From an uncultured Candidatus Saccharibacteria bacterium (lineage in GTDB: Bacteria; Patescibacteriota; UBA1384; JAMDBS01; DAOVQR01), in NCBI GenBank assembly GCA_964481135.1, contig CAYZSW010000002.1, forward strand, positions 29,283-93,282: a stretch of 64,000 bases of DNA, read 5' to 3'. Position 1 is the stretch's first letter, and each line of letters starts with the position of its first letter. The notes under the pieces were generated by a model. That model was not told the origin of the DNA, made no database searches, and was given only the letters and a program-made list of their open reading frames with translations. Below are positions 1 through 7,727 of this stretch, piece by piece. The position numbers and the translations under genes are program-made.

Positions 1-900
1 CACCATTTTACCATCGAATTTTTTGTTTAATGTTGTCTTAAAACTACTTTCATTCCCAAACTTGTCTTTTTCTTTAACAACGACCAAACCACTATCTAAA
101 AACATGCTTGTTATATCAATAGCGTCCTGAAGATAACCTCCAGGGTTGTTTCTTAAATCAAGTATTATTTTATTAATACCATTATCTTGAAATTTTTTCA
201 ATGCTTCTTTGGTTAAAGTAAGAGTATCGTCTCCAAATTGATTGATTTCTATATATCCTATTGAATCTTTTATTTCGTATTTAACACTTTTTACTATTAT
301 CGTATCTCTTTTAATTTCAAAATCTTTTGTATCTTCCCATCCACTTCTAAAAACAGTTAATTTGACTTTTGTACCCTTTTTGCCTCTTATTTTATCAATA
401 GCTTCATAAAAACCCATGTCTTTTGTTTCTTCGTTGTCAATTTTTAATATAATATCCTGCGCTTTTAAACCAGCTTTTTCTGCAGGTGATTCAGGAAGAG
501 GAGCTACTACGACTACAAGACCATCTTTAGATTCAATTTGTGCTCCTATTCCGTCAAAAGAGCCGTTCATATCATCTAAAAATCTTTTTGATTCGCTTGG
601 ATCCATAAATAAACTGTATGGATCATCTAAAGAATTTATCGCACCAGAAATTGCACCATACAACATTTTTTGATCATCAGTTTTCCCGTAATACTTCTCT
701 TTTACTACATCCCAGGCATTCCAAAACATCGAAAAATCAACATCCTCGGGCTTACCTAAATTCATATTCAAAATTTTTGGTTTATAACCTTCTTCAAAAA
801 CTAAGTTCCTGTGTCCTACTAAATAACCAATAAAATAAATTATTAGTATTGCAACAATAATTCCAGTAATTCTAAAAAATTTTTTATATTCTTTTTTCAT
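1..900 (-). CDS. ctpA: S41 family carboxy-terminal processing protease (runs off the window start)
   Basis: Absent from the ORF track. Manual translation from the ATG at 900 (ATGA overlap with the mnmA stop) gives an N-terminal TM, DPYS..F, GIGA, a PDZ-like APLPESPAEKAGL and ILDLRNNPGGYL. Confidence 0.93.
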   Translation of the reverse strand, partial: MKKEYKKFFRITGIIVAILIIYFIGYLVGHRNLVFEEGYKPKILNMNLGKPEDVDFSMFWNAWDVVKEKYYGKTDDQKMLYGAISGAINSLDDPYSLFMDPSESKRFLDDMNGSFDGIGAQIESKDGLVVVVAPLPESPAEKAGLKAQDIILKIDNEETKDMGFYEAIDKIRGKKGTKVKLTVFRSGWEDTKDFEIKRDTIIVKSVKYEIKDSIGYIEINQFGDDTLTLTKEALKKFQDNGINKIILDLRNNPGGYLQDAIDITSMFLDSGLVVVKEKDKFGNESSFKTTLNKKFDGKMV

Positions 901-2150
901 TTAATTATCGCCCCTCCAATCAATTGACTTTTATTGTAAAAAACAACCGATTGGCCAGAAGTAATTGCACGAACTGGCTTATTAAATTCAATTTTAATAT
1001 TTTTATATTGTTCTTTTGTTTTATCAAAATTTGATAATTCAATTATTTTACATTTTTCTTTTTTATGAGAATATCTAATTTTTGCATCAATAACTAATCC
1101 CGGTTTAGGTGGTTGAGAAATAATCCAGTTTAATTTTTCAGCTACTAGCGTTTTTGAGCATAAATCTTTTTCCTCACCAATAACTAGCTGATTTTTTCTT
1201 ACATTTAATTTTACCACAAAAACTTTTTTTATACTATCTTTATCAAATCTTAAATCTGAAATCTTAAATCTTAAATCTCCTCCCAGATTCTTTCTTTGAC
1301 CAATTGTATAATAACACAATCCTTTGTGTCTACCAATAATGTTTCCTGCCAAGTCAATAATATCGCCAGGCTGATTTAATTTTTTTACATAGCTAGATAA
1401 AAAATCTGAAATAGATTTACCAACAAAACAAATATCCTGTGATTCTTTTTTCTGATAGGTTGGTAAATGATTTTTTTTAGCAATTTTTCTTACTTCTTCC
1501 TTTGTATAATCTCCTAATGGAAAAAGAATCTTTGATAGTTGCTGCAAACTCAATTGCCATAAAAAATATGTTTGATCTTTGTTTTTGTCTTTTGCTTTAA
1601 ATAAATTCGCTATTTGCTTTTCGCTATTTGCTTTTTGGCTTTTAATATTTGAAATTTGAGTTTTGAGATTTGAGTTTTGAGTTTTTAGCTCGCACGCTAT
1701 GCGTGCATAGTGACCAGTAGCAATTTTATCGCATCCCATTTTTTTTGCTTTATCAATTAACCATCCAAACTTTATCTTTTTATTACATAATACACACGGA
1801 TTTGGAGTTCTCCCACTTTCATATTCAGAAATAAAATAATCTACAACTTCTTTTTTAAACTCTTTTTTCACATCAAAAACAAAAAAAGGAATATCAAGTT
1901 TATCACAAACCGCCCGAGCACTTTCCAATGCCTCTAGATTGCAACAAGTGTTTTCAGAAATGTGTTGATTTGTGTTCTGTTTTGTATGTTCTTGTGTAGA
2001 ACTCCAAAACTTCAAAAATACTCCTACTGGAGCATAACCCTGCTGTTTTAATAATAATGCTGCCACCGAAGAATCAACTCCCCCACTCAAGGCAACCAAA
2101 ACTTTCATTTTATTCTTTGAAATTTGACGAGAAGTTTTATTATTTAACAT
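897..2150 (-). CDS. mnmA: tRNA 2-thiouridine(34) synthase MnmA, with in-frame low-complexity inserts (start may be 2108)
   Basis: SGGVDS PP-loop, TPNPCVLCN, ATGHY, KDQTYFL, SQDICF, YTIGQR. Confidence 0.96.
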   Translation of the reverse strand: MLNNKTSRQISKNKMKVLVALSGGVDSSVAALLLKQQGYAPVGVFLKFWSSTQEHTKQNTNQHISENTCCNLEALESARAVCDKLDIPFFVFDVKKEFKKEVVDYFISEYESGRTPNPCVLCNKKIKFGWLIDKAKKMGCDKIATGHYARIACELKTQNSNLKTQISNIKSQKANSEKQIANLFKAKDKNKDQTYFLWQLSLQQLSKILFPLGDYTKEEVRKIAKKNHLPTYQKKESQDICFVGKSISDFLSSYVKKLNQPGDIIDLAGNIIGRHKGLCYYTIGQRKNLGGDLRFKISDLRFDKDSIKKVFVVKLNVRKNQLVIGEEKDLCSKTLVAEKLNWIISQPPKPGLVIDAKIRYSHKKEKCKIIELSNFDKTKEQYKNIKIEFNKPVRAITSGQSVVFYNKSQLIGGAIIK

Positions 2151-2730
2151 ACTGATTAATAATTTCCATGACTTTTTTCTTGGTTTGTATTTTTGTTAAA
2201 TCGGTTGTATCAAGCAACTTAACATTTTTATATTTACTAAAACATTTTATTGTTCTTTCTCTAATAAAATCCCACTCTTTGTCTTTATAAGAAGTCATTT
2301 TTCCAGATCTCTTAAAAAGCCTATCAACTAATTGCTTAGATTTGCAATTCATAATAATAAATAAATCATTATTTGTAATTGGATTTTTTTTAGACAATTT
2401 TTTTGTCCAGTTTTTTATAATATCCCTCTTTTTCTTATTAATTTTTCCAACTTTATATAAAATATCTGCAAAAATAAATTCTTCTTCTAAATGTCTTTCA
2501 AAAATGGATATTTGGTTATTATTTTTATTAAGAGTATCTCTATCGGAATAATAAAGAGCAAAAAGCATAGAGCGAGTAAATCCGTCTTCTTTGACTTCAT
2601 CTGTTAAATTATCCCAAAAATCTTCTCTGACAATTTTTAATTTAGGATCTTTAATTGATTCAATAAATGTAGTTTTACCACTACAAACATCACCAATTAA
2701 ATAAATTCTTTTTATTTTTCCTTTTTGCAT
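2140..2730 (-). CDS. P-loop nucleoside/nucleotide kinase-like protein (deoxynucleoside kinase-like)
   Basis: N-terminal GDVCSGKTT Walker A, ER motif (IFERH), lid-like RLFKR. Confidence 0.6.
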   Translation of the reverse strand: MQKGKIKRIYLIGDVCSGKTTFIESIKDPKLKIVREDFWDNLTDEVKEDGFTRSMLFALYYSDRDTLNKNNNQISIFERHLEEEFIFADILYKVGKINKKKRDIIKNWTKKLSKKNPITNNDLFIIMNCKSKQLVDRLFKRSGKMTSYKDKEWDFIRERTIKCFSKYKNVKLLDTTDLTKIQTKKKVMEIINQYVK

Positions 2731-3179
2731 TTTTTGATTTCCATTTTCGTAGCTTTACCACTTTTATCTAAATAATTTGAAACCGCAGCTTTTATACCCT
2801 GTTCTGCTAAAAGCGAACAATGATGTTTTAATGGTGGGAGTCCACCTAGAGTTTTTACCACATCTTTATTTGTTAAATTCATTGCATCTTTTATACTTTT
2901 TCCTTTTGCAAGTTCAGTAATGACACTTGAAGTTGCAATCGCTGCCGCACAACCCAATGTTTGAACTTTAATATCTTTAATATATTCTTCGAATTCAGCT
3001 TTTGGCTTTTGGCTTTTCGCTTTTTGCTTACCTACCTTAATGTAGACCTTCATTACATCTCCACATTTTGGATTTCCAACAGTACCAACTCCATCAGCAT
3101 TCTTAATCTTACCGATATTTTTTGGATTTTGAAAATGTTTTATTAATTTATCACTATATGTATCAAATTGATCAACCAT
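2712..3179 (-). CDS. iscU: Fe-S cluster scaffold IscU/NifU N-terminal family
   Basis: HFQNPKN, GNPKCGD, GCAAAIA and KHHCS conserved Cys motifs; AAGGA RBS supports the start at 3179. Confidence 0.93.
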   Translation of the reverse strand: MVDQFDTYSDKLIKHFQNPKNIGKIKNADGVGTVGNPKCGDVMKVYIKVGKQKAKSQKPKAEFEEYIKDIKVQTLGCAAAIATSSVITELAKGKSIKDAMNLTNKDVVKTLGGLPPLKHHCSLLAEQGIKAAVSNYLDKSGKATKMEIKKCKKEK

Positions 3180-3188
3180 ATTGTTCCT

Positions 3189-3212
3189 TAGTAACATGAA
3201 TTTAGTAACAAG
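3189..3212. repeat. Left heptamer arm of four helix bundle element 1
   Basis: tagtaacatgaatttagtaacaag; its repeat unit is the reverse complement of the TGTTACT units at 3571-3610. Confidence 0.8.
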
Positions 3213-3569
3213 TTATTTAATAGATTTAATAAAACCATTAAGTAATTTTGCCACTTCAATTCTTAGATTATTTATTATTTCGTGTTCCTTATTATTTATA
3301 TATTTTAATTGCTTAGATAAATCTAAATAATATTCAACTTCAGTTAAAGATCCCCTAGCATTATATAAAAATCTAATTTTGTCTTTAGTAGTTCTTCGAG
3401 CCCACCCTTCTACAATATTAGCTACAACTGATACTGATGCTCTTCTAATTTGAGAGACTAATCCAAATAATTCTAATTTTGGATATTTTTTAGTAATTTT
3501 ATAAATATTAATAACTAATTGATTAGCTTTTTGGTATACATTTAATTTTTTATACCCAATATTTTCCAT
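3213..3569 (-). CDS. Four helix bundle protein (23S rRNA intervening-sequence protein / Avd-like family)
   Basis: L.VYQKA..L..IYK.T..YP..E.FGL.SQIRRASVSV.ANIVEG..R and ARGSL.E signature; 118 aa. Confidence 0.93.
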   Translation of the reverse strand: MENIGYKKLNVYQKANQLVINIYKITKKYPKLELFGLVSQIRRASVSVVANIVEGWARRTTKDKIRFLYNARGSLTEVEYYLDLSKQLKYINNKEHEIINNLRIEVAKLLNGFIKSIK

Positions 3570-3570
3570 A

Positions 3571-3610
3571 ATGTTACTAATTACTTGTTACTAGTTTACT
3601 TGTTACTAAC
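3571..3610. repeat. Right heptamer arm of four helix bundle element 1 (contains the iscS stop codon)
   Basis: tgttact aattact tgttact agtttact tgttact aac. Confidence 0.85.
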
Positions 3611-4790
3611 TAAATGGACTCATTTCTCTTAATCTTTTTACAATCTTTTTTAATGTTTTAATTGTATAATCAATATCTTTTTTTGTAGTCACCTCTCCAA
3701 TAGTAAACCTAATTGATCCATGTGCATCTTCGTGCTTTAAACCTAGTGAAAGCAACACATGAGATGGTTCTAAACTTCCAGAAGTACAAGCAGATCCCGA
3801 ACTTGCAGCAATTCCCGCCATATCAAGGTGAAGTAGTATTGCTTCTCCTTCAATATATTTAAAACTAATATTAATATTGTTAGGACTTCTTAATTTTGCA
3901 TCACCATTAAGTCGAGTATCAGGAATTTCTTTTAAAATCCTATCTATAAAATAATCCCGAAGCTTCGCTAGCTGATGGCTGATAGCTGACGGCTGATAGC
4001 TTAATAGTTCTATGGCTTTAGCCATCCCAACTATTCCCGAGGTATTATATGTCCCACCCCGTAAATTATGCTCTTGTGCTCCGCCAATATTTTGATGATG
4101 TAACTTTACACCTTTTTTAACAAATAACGCGCCAATTCCTTTTGGTCCACCAAATTTATGAGCAGACAAACTCATCATATCAACACCGAGTTTTTTCACA
4201 TCACCATCAAAATATTCAATTGCCTGCACTGCATCGGTATGAAAATACAGCTTTTTGCCTTTAGCTTTTAGCTTTTGGACTAATTTGCCAATTTCTTTAA
4301 TTGGTTGAACTGTGCCGATTTCATTATTAACATACATCATTGATATTAAAACTGTATTTTTTCTAATTGCATCACTGACACTTTTAACATTTATGACACC
4401 TTTAATGCTTGGCTTTAGATAAGTAACTTCTACCAAACCTTTTTTTTCTAAATCACGGCAAACATCAATTACTGCATGATGTTCAAAAGCACTGGTTATA
4501 ATATGTGGTTTAAAATTTTTGTATGTGTAGTAAATCTCCTCAATCAAACCTCTTATTGCTAAATTATCACTTTCTGTTCCTCCTGATGTAAAAATTATTT
4601 CTTCCGGCTTACAATTTAAAAATTTAGCAATAGATCTTCGTGATTCTTCAATTGCTTTTTTTGCATCTCTTCCAAACTTATGAATACTAGATGCATTTCC
4701 AAATTCTTGCGAAAAATAAGGCATCATTGCCTTTAAAACTTCTTTTTTTACTGGGCTTGTAGCCGCATAATCTAAATATATATTTTTCAT
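3606..4790 (-). CDS. iscS: Cysteine desulfurase IscS/NifS
   Basis: IYLDYAAT, FTSGGTE, SAHKFGGPKG (PLP Lys), SSGSAC. Real start MKNIYLD at 4790; the longer ORF-track N-terminus is repeat-derived. Confidence 0.96.
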   Translation of the reverse strand: MKNIYLDYAATSPVKKEVLKAMMPYFSQEFGNASSIHKFGRDAKKAIEESRRSIAKFLNCKPEEIIFTSGGTESDNLAIRGLIEEIYYTYKNFKPHIITSAFEHHAVIDVCRDLEKKGLVEVTYLKPSIKGVINVKSVSDAIRKNTVLISMMYVNNEIGTVQPIKEIGKLVQKLKAKGKKLYFHTDAVQAIEYFDGDVKKLGVDMMSLSAHKFGGPKGIGALFVKKGVKLHHQNIGGAQEHNLRGGTYNTSGIVGMAKAIELLSYQPSAISHQLAKLRDYFIDRILKEIPDTRLNGDAKLRSPNNINISFKYIEGEAILLHLDMAGIAASSGSACTSGSLEPSHVLLSLGLKHEDAHGSIRFTIGEVTTKKDIDYTIKTLKKIVKRLREMSPFS

Positions 4791-4796
4791 AAAATC

Positions 4797-4906
4797 CTTA
4801 ATTTCGAAATTCGAATATCGAAACTCGAAACAATTTTCTAAATTCAAATTTTCAAATTTTTGTCATTAGAATTTGTTTCGGATTTCGGATTTCGTGCTTC
4901 TGATTT
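4797..4906. repeat. ORF-less heptamer inverted-repeat element
   Basis: tcgaaat tcgaata tcgaaac tcgaaac aatt ... aatttgt ttcggat ttcggat ttcgtgc: converging 7-nt periodic arms. Confidence 0.85.
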
Positions 4907-5107
4907 AAGTTCAGCCACAAGCTGTTTGACGCATCCCCTACACTCTCCTGTTAAGCATTCATATTCGTCTGGTGAAATAACAACTGCAACAGGTTTTGAA
5001 TAACGCATTACATGGTATGTCTGCCCTTTTTCTACATCTTTAATAATTTTCGAAACATCTGATTGCAACTTATTAACAGTTACTGTTTTTTGATTTGTCT
5101 TTTTCAT
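4844..5107 (-). CDS. Phd/YefM-like DNA-binding protein with a Cx4Cx2C motif; C-terminal tail derived from the repeat
   Basis: TVTVNKLQSDVSKII..VEKG..Y.VMRYSKPVAVVIS is a Phd fold pattern; CLTGECRGC follows. Confidence 0.8.
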   Translation of the reverse strand: MKKTNQKTVTVNKLQSDVSKIIKDVEKGQTYHVMRYSKPVAVVISPDEYECLTGECRGCVKQLVAELKSEARNPKSETNSNDKNLKI

Positions 5108-5156
5108 ATATATCTTTCTGTTACATGTTACTAATTACTTATTACTATGTATAAGT

Positions 5157-5185
5157 AATATAACATCTTATATAATATTAGTCAA
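5157..5185 (-). promoter_or_regulatory. Sigma70-like promoter for the phd-iscS operon
   Basis: Minus strand TTGACT-17 nt-TATATT with TGn extension. Confidence 0.65.
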
Positions 5186-5213
5186 TAAATATTTAATTAT
5201 TAGCACCTTAAGC

Positions 5214-6359
5214 TTAAAGTTTTAAGCTTCTTTTATAATTATCCAAATAAAGCCAAACTAATGCACCATAACGAATAAAAACTAAAGTTTGCAGATACAC
5301 TGGATTCGCTTTTAAGAAAAAAATAAATAAAACTATAAACAAATTTGGTATCTCAAGTAAATAAAAAGCTCTTTTATCTATTTTATTAAATGAAAGTGCC
5401 AAAAAAGGAAGTAAATATAAATTATACTGTGGTGAATAAATTCTATCCGTAAGCAAAAAAATTAAAATTACGGCTAAGCATAAATAAATCAAATCTGCTT
5501 TTTTAAGTTTTATGTATGTAAAAATATATAATCCCGCAAATAAAATCAAACTAAACCAACCTGCAAAACTACCCAAATATTTATAAAATATCCACCAATA
5601 AGTTCCTGCCGTTGGATCTTTTGACAAATTACTGCCAATTTGCCAAGTATAAGGAAAAATCCAATTATTAAAATTTTGAAGTATATATGGCAAATTCAAT
5701 AAAACTACTATTACAATAAAAAGAAGTCCTAATTTAACCCAATTCTTTCTTGGTGATTTTAAAATAAAAATTGGTAATAAAAATACTGGAAATACTTTCA
5801 TTACAGTTCCAAGTGCCAACGCAGAAATTGCCCAATAGTATTTTTGTCTATAAAATAAATAAACTGCTAAAACTATTAGAAACACAACAGGTAAATCATA
5901 ATTCAAAAACGAATAAAATATAAAACTTGGCGCCAAAATCCAAAAAAACCAGATACTCAAAACTCGATATTTGATATTCGATATTTGAATATAATTTTTC
6001 GAAGCTCGAGGCTCGAAGCTCGAAGCTCGATTAACAATCTTCCAAAGTAAATATGTAATCCCAACTGCGCATAAGGTTAAAATTATTGCATTAACTGTAA
6101 AATATTGGGTATAGCTTAAATACTTATCAAACCTAAAAACTTCATAAAAAAATCTAAGTCCTGCGGGATATTCAGGAGGATAAACCAATCCTTTTCCCAA
6201 ATAATTAATCCAAAAATTCCAAAGATCACCTGGATATGTAGTAAAATTATTATAAAACCACATATAAACCTGTTCCTGATATCGAATCAAATACCCAGGA
6301 ATAAGTGCAACCATAGTACCTAAAATTAATAAAAATAAATTTTTATTTTGTTTTGTCAT
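5214..6359 (-). CDS. Polytopic GT-C fold glycosyltransferase (GT87/DUF2029-like)
   Basis: PEYP motif, NYDL, K.FP, YSPQY, many TM helices. Confidence 0.75.
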   Translation of the reverse strand: MTKQNKNLFLLILGTMVALIPGYLIRYQEQVYMWFYNNFTTYPGDLWNFWINYLGKGLVYPPEYPAGLRFFYEVFRFDKYLSYTQYFTVNAIILTLCAVGITYLLWKIVNRASSFEPRASKNYIQISNIKYRVLSIWFFWILAPSFIFYSFLNYDLPVVFLIVLAVYLFYRQKYYWAISALALGTVMKVFPVFLLPIFILKSPRKNWVKLGLLFIVIVVLLNLPYILQNFNNWIFPYTWQIGSNLSKDPTAGTYWWIFYKYLGSFAGWFSLILFAGLYIFTYIKLKKADLIYLCLAVILIFLLTDRIYSPQYNLYLLPFLALSFNKIDKRAFYLLEIPNLFIVLFIFFLKANPVYLQTLVFIRYGALVWLYLDNYKRSLKL

Positions 6360-7285
6360 ATATTGAACAATTTTTTACAATTATCTGTAGTTATTTTTTC
6401 CACTTCCCCTACATCAACGCCTTTAATCTCTGCTATTTTTTGAGCAATAATTGGAATACACGCTGGTTCATTTCTTTTTCCACGATATGGGTCAGGAGCC
6501 AGAAACGGACAATCTGTTTCAAGTACAATATTTTTTAATGGAATTTTTTTAATAATATTTTGCAATTCATTCGAATTCTTAAAAGTTACAATTCCATTTA
6601 CCCCAATATAAAATCCCATTTTAATAAATTCTTTTGCTTGAGCTAAATTCCCAACAAAACAATGAGCAACACCTCGAAAATCAGATTTAAGATTTAAATT
6701 GTAAGATTTAAGTATTTGAAGCATTTCATCATATCCACCATATTGATCATCTTCACTTCCTCGGCAATGAAGTACTAATGGTAAATTATTCTCTATCGCA
6801 AGATCAATATGCTCTTTGAATACTCTCTTCTGAATCTCTTTCTCTGTCATCTCGAACTTGTCGAAAGATTTACGAGATCCTTCGACTCGCTTTGCTCGCT
6901 CAGGATGACAACGAGTCAAATGAAAATAATCAAGCCCCGTTTCTCCTACTCCTACAACCACATCTTTATTCTCGTCAATCAGCTTTTGATATTTATCTTT
7001 ATTAAACTCTTCTTTTTTTGTTGTAAATTTATATTCTTTTCCATCAAATTTTGCGCTTTCAGTTATATCTTGCATTAAATGTATGGGATGACATCCAACC
7101 ACCGCAAATAAATTAGCTTTTAGCTTTTGGCTATTAGCTATTTGAATCGTTTTTAATGAGGTCTTGTAATTACTCCCAACATTAACTATCTTTTTTACTC
7201 CAGCATTAAAAGAACGTTCTAAAACGTTCTTGATATCATTTTCGTATTCTTTAAAATTCAAATGTGCGTGAGAGTCAATATACAT
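6356..7285 (-). CDS. tatD: TatD family hydrolase, with a 66-nt in-frame palindromic insert
   Basis: IDSHAHL, GCHP, GETGLDY, LHCR, HCF, LETDCPFLAP, NEP. Confidence 0.95.
   Translation of the reverse strand: MYIDSHAHLNFKEYENDIKNVLERSFNAGVKKIVNVGSNYKTSLKTIQIANSQKLKANLFAVVGCHPIHLMQDITESAKFDGKEYKFTTKKEEFNKDKYQKLIDENKDVVVGVGETGLDYFHLTRCHPERAKRVEGSRKSFDKFEMTEKEIQKRVFKEHIDLAIENNLPLVLHCRGSEDDQYGGYDEMLQILKSYNLNLKSDFRGVAHCFVGNLAQAKEFIKMGFYIGVNGIVTFKNSNELQNIIKKIPLKNIVLETDCPFLAPDPYRGKRNEPACIPIIAQKIAEIKGVDVGEVEKITTDNCKKLFNI
6845..6910. repeat. TGTCAT...ATGACA palindromic element, in frame in tatD
   Basis: 66 nt with terminal inverted TGTCAT/ATGACA; related copies at 18901-18940 and 24390-24417. Confidence 0.85.
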
Positions 7286-7316
7286 AAGTTTATAGTTTTA
7301 AGATTAAAGTTATAAG
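7286..7316. repeat. Left arm of four helix bundle element 2
   Basis: taagattaaagttataag; its reverse complement cttataactttaatctta closely matches 7701-7719. Confidence 0.8.
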
Positions 7317-7676
7317 TTATTTTTTATTATTAATTAAAGCTTTTTCTAATCCGTATAGCATTCTTGAACATTCTTTATATTCATTAACAAAATATTCTAA
7401 TTTTTCTTTTGTTAAATATTTTTTCTTATATACTATTCTAAGATGATGAATAGTTTCTCTAATTTATCCTTGTGAACGGCTAATACATTCAGTATAAATA
7501 TTTGTATGTTTATTGCCAAATCCTTCGGCTACATTTGCCGGTGCAGAATTGGACGATCTTCTTAATTGCGACCCCAATTCATATAATTCAAATTGAGGAA
7601 AGATTAATGTTAACTCATGAACTTCTAAAGTAATTTTAAATAACCTTTTATATACTTTTAAATCTTCTATTTACAT
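7317..7676 (-). pseudogene. Four helix bundle protein pseudogene with two in-frame TAA codons
   Basis: Manual translation M*IEDLKVYKRLF...FPQFELYELGSQLRRSSNSAPANVAEGFG...SRSQG*IRETIHHL...; 120 codons, stops at codons 2 and 71, GGAG RBS upstream. Confidence 0.92.
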
Positions 7677-7691
7677 TTTTATCTTCTCCGA

Positions 7692-7727
7692 GTCTTTAAT
7701 CTTACAACTTTAATCTTTAATCTTAAT
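7692..7727. repeat. Right arm of four helix bundle element 2 (contains the metG stop codon)
   Basis: ctttaat cttacaa ctttaat ctttaat cttaata. Confidence 0.8.

Noticed and set aside
416-833. Plus-strand ORFs 416..673 and 618..833, and similar short ORFs nested in long genes
   Set aside because: They are shadow ORFs opposite well-supported genes such as ctpA.
7317-7676. Stop-codon recoding of the four helix bundle frame
   Set aside because: Both internal stops are TAA, the commonest true stop in this window; TGA and TAG also terminate genes normally.
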